Part shown: positions 36,913-50,969 of the stretch, piece after piece
Layout: every line of letters begins with the position of its first letter
Position numbering within the stretch: the first letter of the stretch is position 1
From: Mobula hypostoma
Taxonomy: Eukaryota
DNA length: 64,000 nucleotides
Direction: 5' to 3'
Assembly (NCBI RefSeq): GCF_963921235.1
Contig: NC_086097.1
Span: 191,520,001-191,584,000 of the forward strand
The notes under the pieces: generated by a model
Told to the model about the DNA's origin: nothing
Database searches by the model: none
Seen by the model: the letters and a program-made list of their open reading frames with translations, nothing else
Position numbers and translations under genes: made by a program

Positions 36913-39184
36913 TGTTGTGCTCAACTAAATAGAATCCTCTCCAAATAATTGTGCATAGTCTTAGGAATTATGAAATAAATTAATGAATATTGCTCTGATT
37001 GTTGCCCAACGCATCTTTAATGACTGTCTCAAGTTTGATTCTTCATCTCAGCAGATCATCACAACAATAATCTTAAACTATTGAGAAACCCATAATCACG
37101 CATAAAAATATACCACTAAACCATGATTCTTTCAAATACTTTCTAAGAAAAAATATTAAAATACCTAAAATACATTCTGAATAAATAAAAATTGTATCAA
37201 TGCTAGCCATTGAATAATCTTTAATTTTGTTTCCATTTATCTAATTCTGGTGACATCAGTTCAATAAATGTTTCAGCCCAGTTATCCCTTTAGGTTGACT
37301 AAGTGTATATTTTTCCAAACAGTGAATTAACTATTGCTGGGCCACAAGGCTGGACCCATTGCAGGTGTAGCAAACCTACTGACAGTTTTTTAAAATATTT
37401 TACAAGTCAGTTTGTTTCACACCAAATGATCTATAAATCCTCAATCTCCTGACATCATGGGTCACTGCCTTCTGAATGATGGTAGAGTGCCTGAAAGGCA
37501 CCTTGCTGTGAAACAAGTGATAAATGATATTAAGGTTTGGGACTGATAAAGGAACAGCTGGTGATAATGTGGCAGGGAGCCCACTGCACTATTATAAAGA
37601 ATTGGCATTATATGAGGGCTCAATTTTTACAGACCTGGACTATGATATTGACTAAAATAAAACACTTATTTGTGTAAAATTGCACTCTTCATTTCTTACC
37701 TTATTACTTGAACTATTTATGTAGTGTTTCTTTCTTTATTTAATAGCAACACTTTAAATGACTGGCACTGTCTATCAAACCACCAAGTTATTCAATAAAT
37801 AATTGACTCGAAAATTTCTCACTCAGCTCAATTGGAGTAATATTTTATGAAAATATTTTTAATTTCTCATTGTCCTTTTATAAAAATAATATTGAAATGA
37901 TAGAAATGCACAACAAGTCTCAAAGATAGATAACCTGATGCAGGGGTTCAACCCAAAATACTGACCATTCCTTTACTTCTATAGACGCTGCTTGATATTT
38001 TGAATTATTCCAGCAGTTTATTTTTTGATGAAAGATAAAAGTTTTATTTTCATTATTATTTTTGACAGAATTAAGATTAAAGTAATGCTGTGTCCCCCAA
38101 AAAATGTAATTTGAACTATAAAATGATTATAAAGCAACACATTATATGCTTGTTAAATAGAAGGAGAATAATATTATCTCGGGGGAAACATAAAATTATC
38201 TTAAACTTTGTCAAAGAATTAAGTAACATTTTTAGTGCCTTTGGGAAAACGGCATAAGCACCGGCCTGATGGGCCACAAGGCTCGTGACAGACTTTAACT
38301 TTAGTGTCTTTCTTGAAAATAAGTTGGTCATAATTGGGGAAAGATTATCCTACTTGTAATGTTTGAGGGCAGAAGGCAGAGTTATCATTTGCACCAGGGA
38401 AATTGGGATTTCAGGTGATCTATTTAAACTTGTATATGATGGGAAAATGAAGCGAAGCTAAACAGCTGTTGATATTGAAGTGTTGTCTCTAGAGGCAGGG
38501 GAATGGCAGGTTGATCTATTAATGTAGGATGGGTACCTGCATCATAATCTATTTTCCAATGGCACTGAGAAATCAGGCAGGTCTCAACAGCTTTCAGCAG
38601 CCATCTGACAGATTCTAAAAGAACCAAATGATATTTCCTTGTAACAACAAACACATCCATTTATTTATATGCAGTGTTGCAACGTTCAGCATTTCTGACT
38701 ACAACCTAGATTAGAAATTTTAACAGCTAATGTATTACCACTTAATATTGAATTAACTGTCTCAAAATAAGTCTTTGAGAAAAATGCAAAAAGGATTGTC
38801 ATTAGTAATGTACACAATTAGAAGGGAAAAAAGCTTTATTTTGTCGATGTTCTTACTTGATCAAGTGAAAATGAACTTGTTTAAGAAAATGAATTGCTAG
38901 TTCTCAGACTGTCACCCAACACTAATTGGTCTATTCTCTGCAAGGCAATGCATTTTATTCTTGCCAGAGTGATTCATTCCAGCGCTTTTCCTTTGAGTTT
39001 GATAAACTCTGAAGGTTGGGGGATTGTAAACAAGAATATAAGAAATAAAGAATTTGCAGCAGAAGCAGGAGCAGGAGCAGGCCACAAGCTCCTCGCTCTC
39101 AAATCAATAAGGCACAACTATACCCCAGTTACAATGTATAAGGAGAGCAGTCTTTGGATATTGAATAAAATAGATGAATTGAGA

Positions 39185-40460
39185 TGATGGGGAGAGATAA
39201 TGACAGGTGAAATTTAATCCTGAAAAAAAAGTGAGTTAGGGTATTTTGCGAAGTCTAATAAGACTCAGATATAGATATCGAATGGTAGGATCCCAGAAAT
39301 AATGAGGAACAAAGGGACGTGAGTGCACATGTCCAGTGATTTCTGAAGGCATGAGCCCAGACAGATAAGCTGGTGAAGAAGGCATGTGGGATATTTTCCT
39401 TCTTTAGACAGAACATGAAATATAAGAACAGGAAGGTTATTGTACTGTTATACACTCAGTGGCCACTTTATAAAGTTTCCTCCTGTACCTAATAAACTGG
39501 CCACAGGGTGTATGTTTGTGATTTGCTTCTGTAGCCAATCCACTTTAAAGTTCAACATGTTGTGCACTCAGAGATGCTCTTCTGCACATCACTGTTATAA
39601 CACTTAGTTACTCTATTTGAGTTACCATCACTCTTCCTGTCAGATTGAACAAATCTGACTATTCTACTTTGACCTCTCTCATTAACAGCATATTTTCACC
39701 CATGGAACTTCCGATAACTGGTCTTTTTTTTTTGTATATTGCACCATTCTCTGTAAACTAGAGACTGTGTGTGTGAAAATCCCTTATCAGCAGTTTCTGA
39801 GATCCTCAAACCACCCCATCTGGCATCAACAATCACTCCATGGTCAAAGTCATATCCATCACATTTCCTCCCCATTCTGATGTTTGGTCTGAACAACAAC
39901 TGAATCTCTTGACCACCTCTGCATGCTTTTATGCACTGAGCTGCTGTATATTTGCATTAATGAGCAGGTGTATAGGTATAATAAAGTGGGCACTGAGTAT
40001 ATAAAATATAGGTTCTGATTGCCACATTATAGGAAGTGCATTAGATAAGACCAGAAGGCTTTTTGGCCCAATGAGTCTGCTCCGCCATTCATCATGGCTG
40101 ATCCATTTTTCCTCTCAGTCCCAATCTCCTGCCTTCTCCCCATATCCCTCCATGCTCTGACCAATTAAAAATCTATCAACCTCTAACTTAAATATATGCA
40201 GACTTAGCCTCCACAGCTGCTTGTGCCAACAAATTCCACAGACTCACAATACAAGAAGCACCTTGTTGAACTGGAGGGAGTATAGAAGAGATTCTAAAGG
40301 AGATTCAAGGAGACATTGGGTAAGTAGAGGGGGGCTGATTGAGGTATATAAAGATAATGAGAAACTTTTCCCATTAGTAGAGATATCTAAAACTATCATT
40401 AGTTTAAGGAAGTGGTAAGAAGCTTAGCGGGGATCAAAAGGAAGAACTTCCTCATCAGGA
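39185..40460 (+). mobile_element. Degenerate CR1 fragment interrupted by a Tc1 derivative and by an antisense CR1 3' end (about 40045-40250)
   Basis: CR1-like sequence (tttaatcctgaaaaa...gaacaaagggac) resumes after 40000 (gccacattataggaag). Confidence 0.55.
39453..39999 (-). mobile_element. Internally deleted Tc1-like element
   Basis: TA-flanked TIRs CACTCAGTGGCCACTTTAT / ATAAAGTGGGCACTGAGT. ORF 39696..39899 (MGRKCD..DFDHGVIVDARWGGLRISETAD..GFS....VYREW) is a Tc1 transposase N-terminus. Confidence 0.85.
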
Positions 40461-42072
40461 AACTTTGGTAGTGCAAATGTGGAACAGATCTTCAGTTACT
40501 ATGCTCCCAGCTTAAGGTCTGATTAAACCTCTAAAATCAGGTTTTAGATTCTCATAAGCTAATCATTGATGTCACTGTCAAGCAGAGTAGCATGAATGAA
40601 GAACAGAATGGAATGTCCAGTAACTTGTCTCCCCAATAGTTCCAAACACCCAACAACTTAACATTTTGATCCTCCAAAGCCTCAACTCCACAATGTCCAT
40701 GATGTGCTGATCCTCTAATAGGCTAGTATCTCCAAAGTTCTGATTCCTTGGAACCACCAAAATTTACAACTGTGGTTCTACAACCAAAACTGTGCACCAT
40801 ATGGTAGCCAATACCATGTAAGAACAATTCCAATTTCCAATACTTTGTCAATCTCTCTAACCATTCAACTACAATGTGAAATAGGGCAATGTTCAGTATA
40901 GGCAGTAAATCAACTGCCTCACAGAACATTTCGCTATGTTCAGTTGTGACCTTGGGTGATGTCTATATGTAGTTTGCATGTACATATTGTGACCGCATAG
41001 CTTTCTTCACAGTTCTCTAGTTTCCACTCATATCCTAAAGACATGCAATTTGATGCATTAATTGGCCACTATAAGTTGTCCCTAGTGTATAAATAAGTGA
41101 TAGAGTCTCAGGGTTGATAATAATCTGGTAAGAATAAATTGGGATTAATTAAGGATTAGTGTAAAAGTTCCGAGGAAGCAACACATTAAAAAAACTTTAC
41201 TGTCCAGTGTTATTTGTCTACCTAATCAATCAACACATTATTTCATCGGCACTATTGTGTGGTTATTTGTCTCGCTGTTCAAAGTATACAGTAACTGATC
41301 AAGGTAGTAGGGAACCAAACTCTGCTATGGATGGTCCCAAGCCTGGCTGTGAAAGGAGGGGTGTTAGGGGCTAGGCACCCCATCCTGTAAAACCCAGAGC
41401 TACAGAAACACCAACAGAAGCTCCGAAGTCCTCATCCTTGGGAGAGGAAAGATCTTTGAAGATGAGTTTTCCCTGCAGACAACTTAAAAGACAACCCAAG
41501 ACAGAGGACTCTGGTGAGCTGCTGTCAATGGCCTATAGCCAAGTTGGAATGATGGGGTTAAATAAGTAAGTAGGCAACCAGTCAACTTGGCTTTGTGGAG
41601 AGAATTGTGCATTACTAAATGATTTTAAAAAATCAGTAATATCATGCAATTGGAATACAAAAAGAAATACTCAGGTTGGCATGAATTCTGGAGCCTTTTA
41701 TTTGGATTAACAATATCTTGCCAGGTAGTGCACATTTTAATAGTCTTTGCATCTGCTGTGAGATGTTGTTCTCACGACAGATGCATTCTCTGTATGAGCT
41801 TTCATAATCATTTGAATGTTCAACCAGATGTAGAGTACATTGAAACTGTAACAACATTTCACACAATATAAAAACATGAACTCAGGCATTAAGGTAAATA
41901 ATGAAAGGCACACACATGGCTGATGAAAGGATTAAATACTCTCTGTGATATTGAATTCGTCTTCATCAACAATGCTCCGTAAAACCTATAGAAACTGTTG
42001 GCGGCAAGAGCAAAATTAAAGTTTGTTTAAAAAAAGCTGCACACTTAAGATCTGTTGAAGAACTTCTGATGG

Positions 42073-42388
42073 AATCAGAATCAGAATCAGGTTTATTATC
42101 ACTGGCATGTGACGTGAAATTTGTTAACTTATCAGCAGCAGTTCAATGCAATACATAATATAGAAGAGAGAAAAATATTAAAATAATAAATAATAAGTAA
42201 ATAAATAACAGTATATGTATATTGAATAAATTTAAAAAACATGCAAAAACAGAATATGTATATTTAAAAGTGAGGTAGTGTCCAAGGGTTCAATGTCCAT
42301 TTAGGAATCGGATGGCAGAGGGGAAGGAGCTGTTCCAGAATCATTGAGTGTGTGCCTTCAGGCTTCTGTACCTCCTACCTGATGGCAC
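42073..42388 (-). mobile_element. Non-LTR retroelement 3' end with (AATCAG)n tail
   Basis: The same 3' end recurs at about 44585-44660 and 59727-59802. Confidence 0.6.
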
Positions 42389-43334
42389 AAACCTGCAGTC
42401 AGACTGGAATAATCTGAAATGTAAAGGCAGGGAAAGGTCTTGCAACAATATAGGAGAAAGTCACATGGATGGAGAGCAACACTCTCAGCATTACCTTACA
42501 GTAAAAGATTAGCAAATTATTTATGATACGATTTGATAGTCTTGAAAATGTTATAGAGCCATTGTTAGTTCCAGCCCAATGTAAAATAAAATTGTTTGTG
42601 GCAACAAACCTCCATGATGGAATCATCCTCCATGATGAGCACTCAGCTGTTTCCATATTTTATATACATTTCAAAATCTTTGCAATTCGTGTCCTTAATT
42701 TGTAGTATTGATGTAATTTATTAAACACAGAGCAAAGATGCAACTGCTATTCACCTTAGTATTTAATATTGGAATCAGAAGATTTATATGATCTATAGAG
42801 GAATCAGAGTTCCTTCAAAGTTAACTGTGGTCTTACCTTTACTTCCTTCTCAACGCTCTTTTCCACCTAGCAAAAATATTCTGGTTTTCTATGTTTGTTT
42901 TTAATTCTGCTCCAAGCAGCTGTCTAGTTCTTTCTCAGCTTCCTGTACATTATACACAACCCTTCATTGCAGTGATGCTTCAGCACATTTCAACACTTTC
43001 CGACATCCAATACTTGCAATGTCAAACAACATCAACTTCAGATTGGACCTACATCTCCTGCTACATTACACATCGACCCTAGTTCTCAACATTTAGGAAA
43101 AGGGCAGTGAGAGATGGTCTTTGTTAGAAATATCATCTTATTCATGTGTAGCATTATGCTCCATAATATCATTCCATCATCCAGGTGTCTTTATTTGTCT
43201 CAAACCTGTCAATAATATTCAGTATTTTTACAAGAGGTAGAATGCAACCTAGCTCCAATGTACTTGTCTTCTAACATTGCACCTACAGCAAATGAAAGCT
43301 ACCAAATCCGATTTTAAGGTGTCACATAGTAGGC

Positions 43335-43705
43335 AGCTGTCGATCCCAGGGAATCATGGGTTTGCACCTCTGGTGGACTGTGCAAGCATGGGCGGGAAGG
43401 TTTGAAGAACCGGCTGTTGCCCATGCAGCAGGTTCCCACTCTGCACATCACTTATGTAGTCCAAGGGAAGGGTAATCACGGATACAGCTTGGCACCAGTG
43501 TTGTTGCAAAGGTTGTCAGGGTGAAGTTGTAGACAACATCAAACTGTCTTAGGGACTTCGGCTCCGGATTTCTTCCTTGGGGTTTACTCCCAAAGCCTTT
43601 CCCATGCGTGGGTATGGCCGCAAGGCAGCGGAGGTTTAAAATCAGGGTTTTCCTTCTCCTAGGCGGACTGCAGACCAAGGCTGATCAGCCCCATCTGCCC
43701 GAGGG
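43335..43705. mobile_element. Interspersed repeat (possibly RTE-related)
   Basis: Shares gttgcccatgc...gtccaagggaaggg...atacagctt with 59805-59990. Confidence 0.45.
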
Positions 43706-43925
43706 TATCACGTATGGATTCTAATACTATCCTGATAGTAATGTAAGGCCATTTTAAAGATATAATATAGGCTGAGTACCTGTTATCCAAAATGCTTATG
43801 GTTGGAAGTACTTCGGATATTGGAATTTTATGAGATAGCTTGGGATCGCCACCATTTCCAACTCTGGAATTTATGTGCTACCGGTAAGCAGTCTTTGTCT
43901 TAAACTTGTTCATCACACATACTGT

Positions 43926-44215
43926 GTGGTGGCACGGTAGCACAGTGGCCAGCACAATACCTTTTACAGTTCCATTGACCCGCGTTCAATTCCAGCAACT
44001 GCCTGTAAGGAGTTTGTATATTCTCCCCATGACAGCATGGGTTTCCTTCAGGTGCTCCAGTTTTCGCACAGTCCAAAGACATACTGGTTGGTAGATTGAT
44101 TGATCATTGTAAATTGTCCCGTGGTTAGGCTGCGATTAAATCAGGGGTTTCTAGGCGGCATGACTGCAAGTGCCAGAATGGCCTATTCTGCTCTGTATGT
44201 CAATAAATAAATAAA
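43926..44215 (+). mobile_element. tRNA-derived V-SINE
   Basis: gtggcacggtagcacagtgg A box, gttcaattcc B box, V core, (TAAA)n tail. Confidence 0.8.
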
Positions 44216-44743
44216 CAGAACTATGCAAAAGTCTTAGGCACCCTAGCTCTATCTATACATATATCTCTAAGACTTTTGCACAGTACTGTATTTGTCGACA
44301 TGGAACAGAGAGCAAATTTGTAAATCTGGCAAGAACAAAGGACGTTGGGAATGGCGAGGGTGGACTTCCATGTGAGGGGTGTGGGACAGGTGGCAGAGAA
44401 GGAATACCAAGGCAGTGGGTGTGGACACATCCAGCCCTAAGACAGCAGGCAAGGTCATTTGATTCCAAAATAATTAGTTTATTGATCATTACAGAATGTC
44501 TCTCTGGTGCTTCCCACTCTCTCCCCTCTTCCTGCCCCCTCTCCCTGCCCCCTTCCCTCTCTCATTCCACCACGGAGACCCATATCAGAATCAGGTTTAT
44601 CATCACTCACGTATGTCATGAAATTGGTTTTGTTTGCAGCAGCACTACTGTGCAATACATAAAATTACTACAGCACTATGCAAAAGTCTTAGGCACACTA
44701 GCTACTGTATATATATATGTGCCTAAGACTTTTGCACAGTACT
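44216..44743. mobile_element. Tc1-type MITE with a TIR hairpin at each end
   Basis: TGCAAAAGTCTTAG...CTAAGACTTTTGCA hairpins at 44216-44288 and 44671-44743. Confidence 0.7.
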
Positions 44744-46388
44744 TAACAGGAAAAAATATTACATATCATTAATAAAATGTGTGCATTAATATAACAAAGC
44801 AGCACAGTAGCACTGAGGGAATATCTGAATCAGCTGTTGAACAATAAACAGCAGCAAGTTTTCAGTCTCCATCTACAATGCCGTGTTTTGATTCAAATGT
44901 ACACTGTATTTGCATTTTACTCTTAAGGTTTTACATCCGTTATAAAAATAGTCAGCCTTATATACTTAATTTGGAGTTAGATTTTCATCATCGACAACCT
45001 TCACAAACTTATCAATGAATTTCTCTGATACTTCATGATCAACAGACACTTTATATTTAATGACTTCCAAACCTTTAAAAAATTTAATGTCGTGGCTTTT
45101 CTTAAATTTCTACAACCAGCCTCCTGAATATTGACAATTCATTGTTCATTGCAATACATTTTTTCTTGTTTCATGATCAGCATATCATTCAGTGGCATAT
45201 GTTCATTCTAATAGTGGCAAATCCATTTTTTCAATACACGATGGACATCTTCATTTTTCACTTTATGCAGTGTCTTTCTATTTTTCATTAAATATCACTT
45301 CTCAGACCTACGCATTGCCTGGGAACCTCCCCAGTGCCTTGTGGAATTTTCCATTTGTGACTTTTTGTCACCATTCAAAAGAATTTTGTAATTCAGAGGT
45401 ATTCCGATTATGGAAATTAGGATAAGGGGCACTCAACCTGAATTACATTTTGGAACTGCAGCTTCAATTATTGTCTTTTTTGCTCAAAAATGAATGGCAT
45501 TCATTAAACTGGACAGATAACTTACGGTTATGGATGCAGTTCGTACATTAAAAGGTAGCAATTTAGCACTTAATTCTCTTTCTTTAAAGTGACAAAGATA
45601 AAGGAATTAAACAGATAGACAGATTATCTACGTATACGTAACACTAGGTTTTCAAATCAACCTGGTGTAAAAATACTTGAAAAATGCTATAGTAAGTAAT
45701 TAAGTTTGAAGAATGAATTAGGTATTGTGCTGAACTTTACATTTGTATTATTTAATATCATCAGAAATATTATAGATTTTTGTATTAAAACTTATGAAAA
45801 CATCATCCTAAATTGATTACTACAAATCTGACTTCTTTATGTTAGTAGAGGTCCACATAGCTGGAGTTTTAAAAAACAGATACAAATGGATGATAAAAAA
45901 TGGGTGGTTATGTGATAGGGAAGGGTGAGATTGATTTTAGTGTAAGTTAAAAGGTGAGCACAACATCAGGGCCAAAGGGACTGTACTGTGCTGTAATGTT
46001 CTATGTTCTAAATGTCCCGGCAAGCAGCCTTAAAAATGATTGAGTCCGGTAACTGAGAAGTATTTAAAAAATTACAGATACCTTAAATACCCAATAAAAA
46101 TAATTGAGGTCACCAGTAGATGCAATTTCAGTACTGATCTTCAGGAACTAAATGGCATTGTAGTGCATCCTTTCATTTTTAATTGAGGAAGACAATTATG
46201 ATCACAAATTCTTAATGTGGAAATGAAACCTCAGGCCTCAGTGAGAACAATGAGTTTAGTTTTGAGACATTGATGAAGTTTCAGTTTTGCAAGAGGATTT
46301 GCTTAATGGATTTTTTGTCCAGAATCTGAGAGCTTTCATAAATTAATGGAACATTGCTATTATTTTTTTACATTCAGATTCATTGATT

Positions 46389-48915
46389 AGACACTAGACT
46401 AAACACCAGAATACTACAGCACAGTACAGGCCCTTCAGCCCTCGATGTTGTGCCAACCTATATATTCCTTAAAAAAAAGGTACTAAACCCACACTGCCCC
46501 ATAACCCTCTATTTTTCTTTCATCCATGTGCCTGTCCAAGAGGCTCTTAAATATCCCTGAAGTTTTAGCCTCCACCACCATCCTTGGCAAGTCATTCCAG
46601 TCACCCACAGCCCTCTGTGTAAAAAAACTACTCTTGATGTGTCCCCTAAACTTCCCTCCCTTAACTTTGTACGTATGCCCTCTGGTGTTTGCTATTTGTG
46701 CCCTGGAAACAGGTACTGGCTATCCAACCTATTTATGCCTCTCATAATCTCGTAGACCTCTATCAATTCCCCTCTCATCCTTCCACGCTCCAAACAGAAA
46801 GGTCCCAGCTCTGCTAACCTTGCCTCATAAGACTTGTTTTCCAATCCAGGCAACACCCTGGTAAATCTCCTCTGCACCCTCTCCATAGCTTCCACATCCT
46901 TCCTATAATGAGGTGACCAGAACTGAACACGATACTCTAAGTGTGGTCTCACCAGAGATTTGTAGAGTTGCAATATGACCTCTCTACTCTTGAACTCAAT
47001 CCCCCTATTAATGAAGCCTAGCATCCCATAGGCCTTCTTAACTATCCTATCAACCTGTGCAGCAACCTTGATAGATGTATGGATTTGAACCTCAAAGTCC
47101 CTCTGTTCATCCACACTCTTAAGAAACCGACCATTAACCCTGTACTCAGCCTTCTAGTTTGTCCTTCCAAAATGCATCACCTCACATTTATCTGGATTGA
47201 ACTCCATCTGCCACTTTTCTACCCAACTCTGCATCCTGTCTATATCCTCTTGTAACCTTCGACAACTTACAGCTCCATCCACAATTCCTCCAATCTTCGT
47301 GTCATCCGCAAACTTACTCACCCATCCTTTACCTCTTCATCCAGGTCATTTATAAAAATCACAAAGAGCAGGGGTCCCAGGACAGATCCTTACGGCACTC
47401 CACTAGTCACGGACCTCCAGACAGAATACTTTCCTTCCACTACTACCCTCTGCTTTCTTCCTGTAAGCCAATTTTTTATCCAAACAGCCAAGGTTCCACT
47501 GATCCCATGCCTAATAACTTCCTGGATGAGTCTCTCATGGGGGACCTTATGAAATGCCTTGCTAAAATCCATGTAGACCACATCTACCACCCTATCCTCA
47601 TCAATTTCTTTGGTTACATCTTCAAAAAACTCAATTAGCCTCTAAGGCACGAACTTCCCTTCACAAATCCATGTTGACTATCCTTGAATAGACTGTACTT
47701 CTCCAAATGCTCATAGATCCCATCCTTAAGAATCCTTTCCAATAGTTTGCAGACCACTGACATAAGATTCACCGGTCCATAGTTCCCAGGATTCTTCCTA
47801 TTACCTTTTTTAAACAAGGGAACTATATTTGCCATTCTCCATTCCTCCGGCACCTCCCCTGCAGCCAAAGAGGATTCGAAAGCCATAGCTACTGCTCCAG
47901 CGATCTCTTCTCTCACTTCCCACAGCACCCTTGGGTATATCACGTCCAGCCCTGGGGACTTATCAATCTTGATGTTTTTAAGAAAATCCAGCACTTCTTC
48001 TTCCTTAATCTCCACATTGTCCAGCACACAGGCCTGTTCTATTTTGACCTCACCCTGATCGAGGTCTTTTTCACTTGTGAATACTGAAGCAAAGTATTCA
48101 ATTAGGACCTCCCCAACCTCCTCCGTCTCCAGGCACATGTTGCCTTCTTTACCCTTTAGCAGCCCCACCTTCATTCTTGTCATCCTTCTGTTCTTCACAT
48201 ATGCATAGAATGCCTTGGGGTTCTCCTTAATCCTACATGCCAAGGCATTCTCATGCCCCCTTTGAGCTCTCCTAAGTCCTTTCTTAAGCTCCTTCCTGGC
48301 TACCCTATATTTCTCATGAGCCCCTCCTGCTTCCTGCTTCTTATATCTAACATATGCTTCCTTCTTCCTCTTGACAAGTTGCCTCACGTGTTTTGTCAGC
48401 CATGGTTCCCTTTTCCTACCATTTTTTCCATGTCTCAGTGGGACAAACCTATCCTGAACCCAGCACAGGTGGTCCCTAAACTTCCTCCACATTACTTCTG
48501 TGCTTTCACCTTCGAACATCTGTTTCCAATTTACCCTCGCTACTTCCTGCCTCATCCCTTCATAGTTAGCCCTTCCCCAGTTAAGCACTTTCCCATTTTG
48601 TCTGTTTTTATCCTTTTTCCATATCTATGCTGAAGCTAAGGGAGTTGTCGTCACTCTCACCAAAATGCTCCCCCACCAAGAGGTCTGCCACCTGACCAGG
48701 TTCATTATCCAGAACTAGATCCAGTATGGCCTCTCCTCTCGTCGGCCGGTCCACATACTGTGTCAGGAATCCTTCTTGAACACACCTGACAAATTCAGCC
48801 CCATCTATCCCCCTTTCAGTCAGGAGGTGCCAGTCAACATGAGGGAAGTTGAACTTACCCATGACTACAACCCTGTATTTCCTGCACCATTCTAAAATCT
48901 GCCTCCTTATCTGAC
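46389..48915 (-). mobile_element. CR1 LINE, 5'-truncated within the endonuclease, several frameshifts and stops
   Basis: ORF pieces 48608..48862 (APE), 47635..48588, 47390..47590 and 46692..47114 are collinear with CR1 ORF2. Confidence 0.93.
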
Positions 48916-49443
48916 ATATTACAACATATAAATCTTTTAATGTTTACTAAAGGACATGAGAGGATTCAAGTCACTTCCATTTTGTTGATGTACAAAACAT
49001 GTTGGAGTTTCTGTTCAAGGCTAGTCTAAAGCATTTTACCACATAGTATTAGACTTCAGTTGATAGGCATCAATATTTGTTTGTTTAAACAGAGCTTTTG
49101 TGCTAAGTATGAAATAATCCCAGTCGCATTCTCAAACTATAAACTTTATTGCTGATACTATCAAAAGCCAAGTACTTATGGTTGTGAGATTAATCTGGAC
49201 TGACTGACCACCACAGTTTCTCCAGCATAGGCATGAAACTACAAATGACTTAGAAAGAACATTGCAGTCACCTTCAATGGTATGAACATGACATTTCAGT
49301 CTACTTTTAATTTATCACAAACGTCACACAACATTGTTCATTAAGTGTAAATCTGTGCAACAGTGCATAGCAATCAATCAAACTAACTTGATGCTGCAAA
49401 TAAACCAAAGAGTGCCTTATTTACTACAACAAATTTGTAATAC

Positions 49444-49602
49444 TGTAGCAATGTGCTACACACAGCGTTAGAATAACCACACGGAGTCGGTGAGTTGGAG
49501 TTGCGATAAAGAGATTTATTCAAACTTCGCGGCCTGTTTTAAAGCCTTCCCGTTGCCGCCCTCCCTGGGCGGGACTGCTGTGGGGAATGCATATTCCCAG
49601 AC
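49444..49602 (-). mobile_element. Partial LTR related to the 18955-23159 element
   Basis: The first ~118 bp match 18955-19072 with few substitutions, then the sequence diverges. Confidence 0.9.
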
Positions 49603-49711
49603 CCTGACGAAGGGTCTCGACGAAGGGTCTCAGCCTGAAACATCAACTGTACCGCTTCCTAGAGATGCTGCCTGGCCTGCTGCGTTCACCAGCAACTTTG
49701 ATGTGTGTTGT
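49603..49711 (+). mobile_element. Penelope-like terminal fragment starting at the hammerhead core
   Basis: Matches 879-973; 13-bp tandem duplication GACGAAGGGTCTC. Confidence 0.85.
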
Positions 49712-50969
49712 ATGTCAACTAATAATAGGTTTTACTGTGACAGTCACTCAAATTTCCACTCATCCTTTGATTTTTTTCTGTTGAATTCGAATTTATATAT
49801 AGGAATGAATGTATAAAATCAAATTTAGATCAGTATTTGTTTCATTCAATCCAATTGTATCAGTAAGACATTTATTGTACACCTGTCACCGATAGTGCTT
49901 GAAAGAAGATATCTGAAGAAAATATCATTTTTGATCGATAAATTTGCAGCTTATAATTGGAGGGAGTGAAATTGTTTTAAAGCACAATAAACAATGATTT
50001 CCCTGTAATGGACAAGTTCATCATCACGACTCTAAATGTCTTACCTATTGCATACATTCTACTTCACACTTTACAATATCCAGATTTCAAGGACGTATTG
50101 TAGAATTAACATATTAATTTCATATTCATGCATTGTGAACACAGCTTTTATGATATTATTGAGGAAATTTACAACCAAACCTTATTGTGTTGAATGAACC
50201 AAAGAGTTTCACTGAAACCAGACCGAGGTGGGATGAAGGTCAAATGATATTTTCAGCATGGCTTCTTCATTCATGCCAAAAAAGATAGCCACTTCACTTT
50301 TCGAAAGTTATTATCTGAAACAAATTTAGCTTTTGGTATTAATTTCTGTTCCAGATGTCACAAATTCTGAGTATTAGGTACAAAATAACTGATTGACATA
50401 AAATAAAGAAAGAACAAATTCTGAGAGCAAGAATATTCCTGCTCTGCAAGGCCTTATGGCCCAATCCAGGAAGGTGCAATAAAATCAAGTGTGGAGTTAT
50501 TAATATCATAAAATTATTTTTAGATACGTCAAAATATTCACTTCTGAGCAAAACCAGAGATTAGATATGAACAAATACATGATAAGAAAGATAATGCCAC
50601 TCTTTCTGTAGGATATTCAAAATTTCTTAAAAAGAAAAACAACCACCATACACAGCTCAATATATCAGTCAACTTCCGTATAGCAAGTTTAAGATCAGCA
50701 GATGTCCAATTACTGAATCAATGGTAAGCTGTTTTGTATATCAATGGTGTGACCACAGTATATGATTTTGGATATGTTCATTGTCATCCCTAATGGTAGC
50801 AATTGTGTCTGTTGTGAATTTTGTCCGTTTTCTGCCTTTTTTTAACGACCGCCTTCTCCACTTCCAAAGAAAAATATGTGCAGCACTTTCTTTTGAACTT
50901 GAATATTTCACTGTGCTTCAAGTGGTAGGTAGTCATCCCAGGGTTGTTTTAAAACTTTCTCATCACTAT

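Larger units (their letters stand above)
43768..45440. mobile_element. Tigger/pogo-like non-autonomous element carrying nested insertions
   Basis: Termini TAGGCTGAGTACCTGTTATCC / GGATAAGGGGCACTCAACCTG resemble the Tigger4/MER46-type TIR CAGGTTGAGTATCCCTTATCC. Confidence 0.6.

Noticed and set aside
38538..38615. Possible minus-strand exon (ttttag...GCAG/gtacc)
   Set aside because: Weak donor, unrecognisable peptide, and expected by chance.
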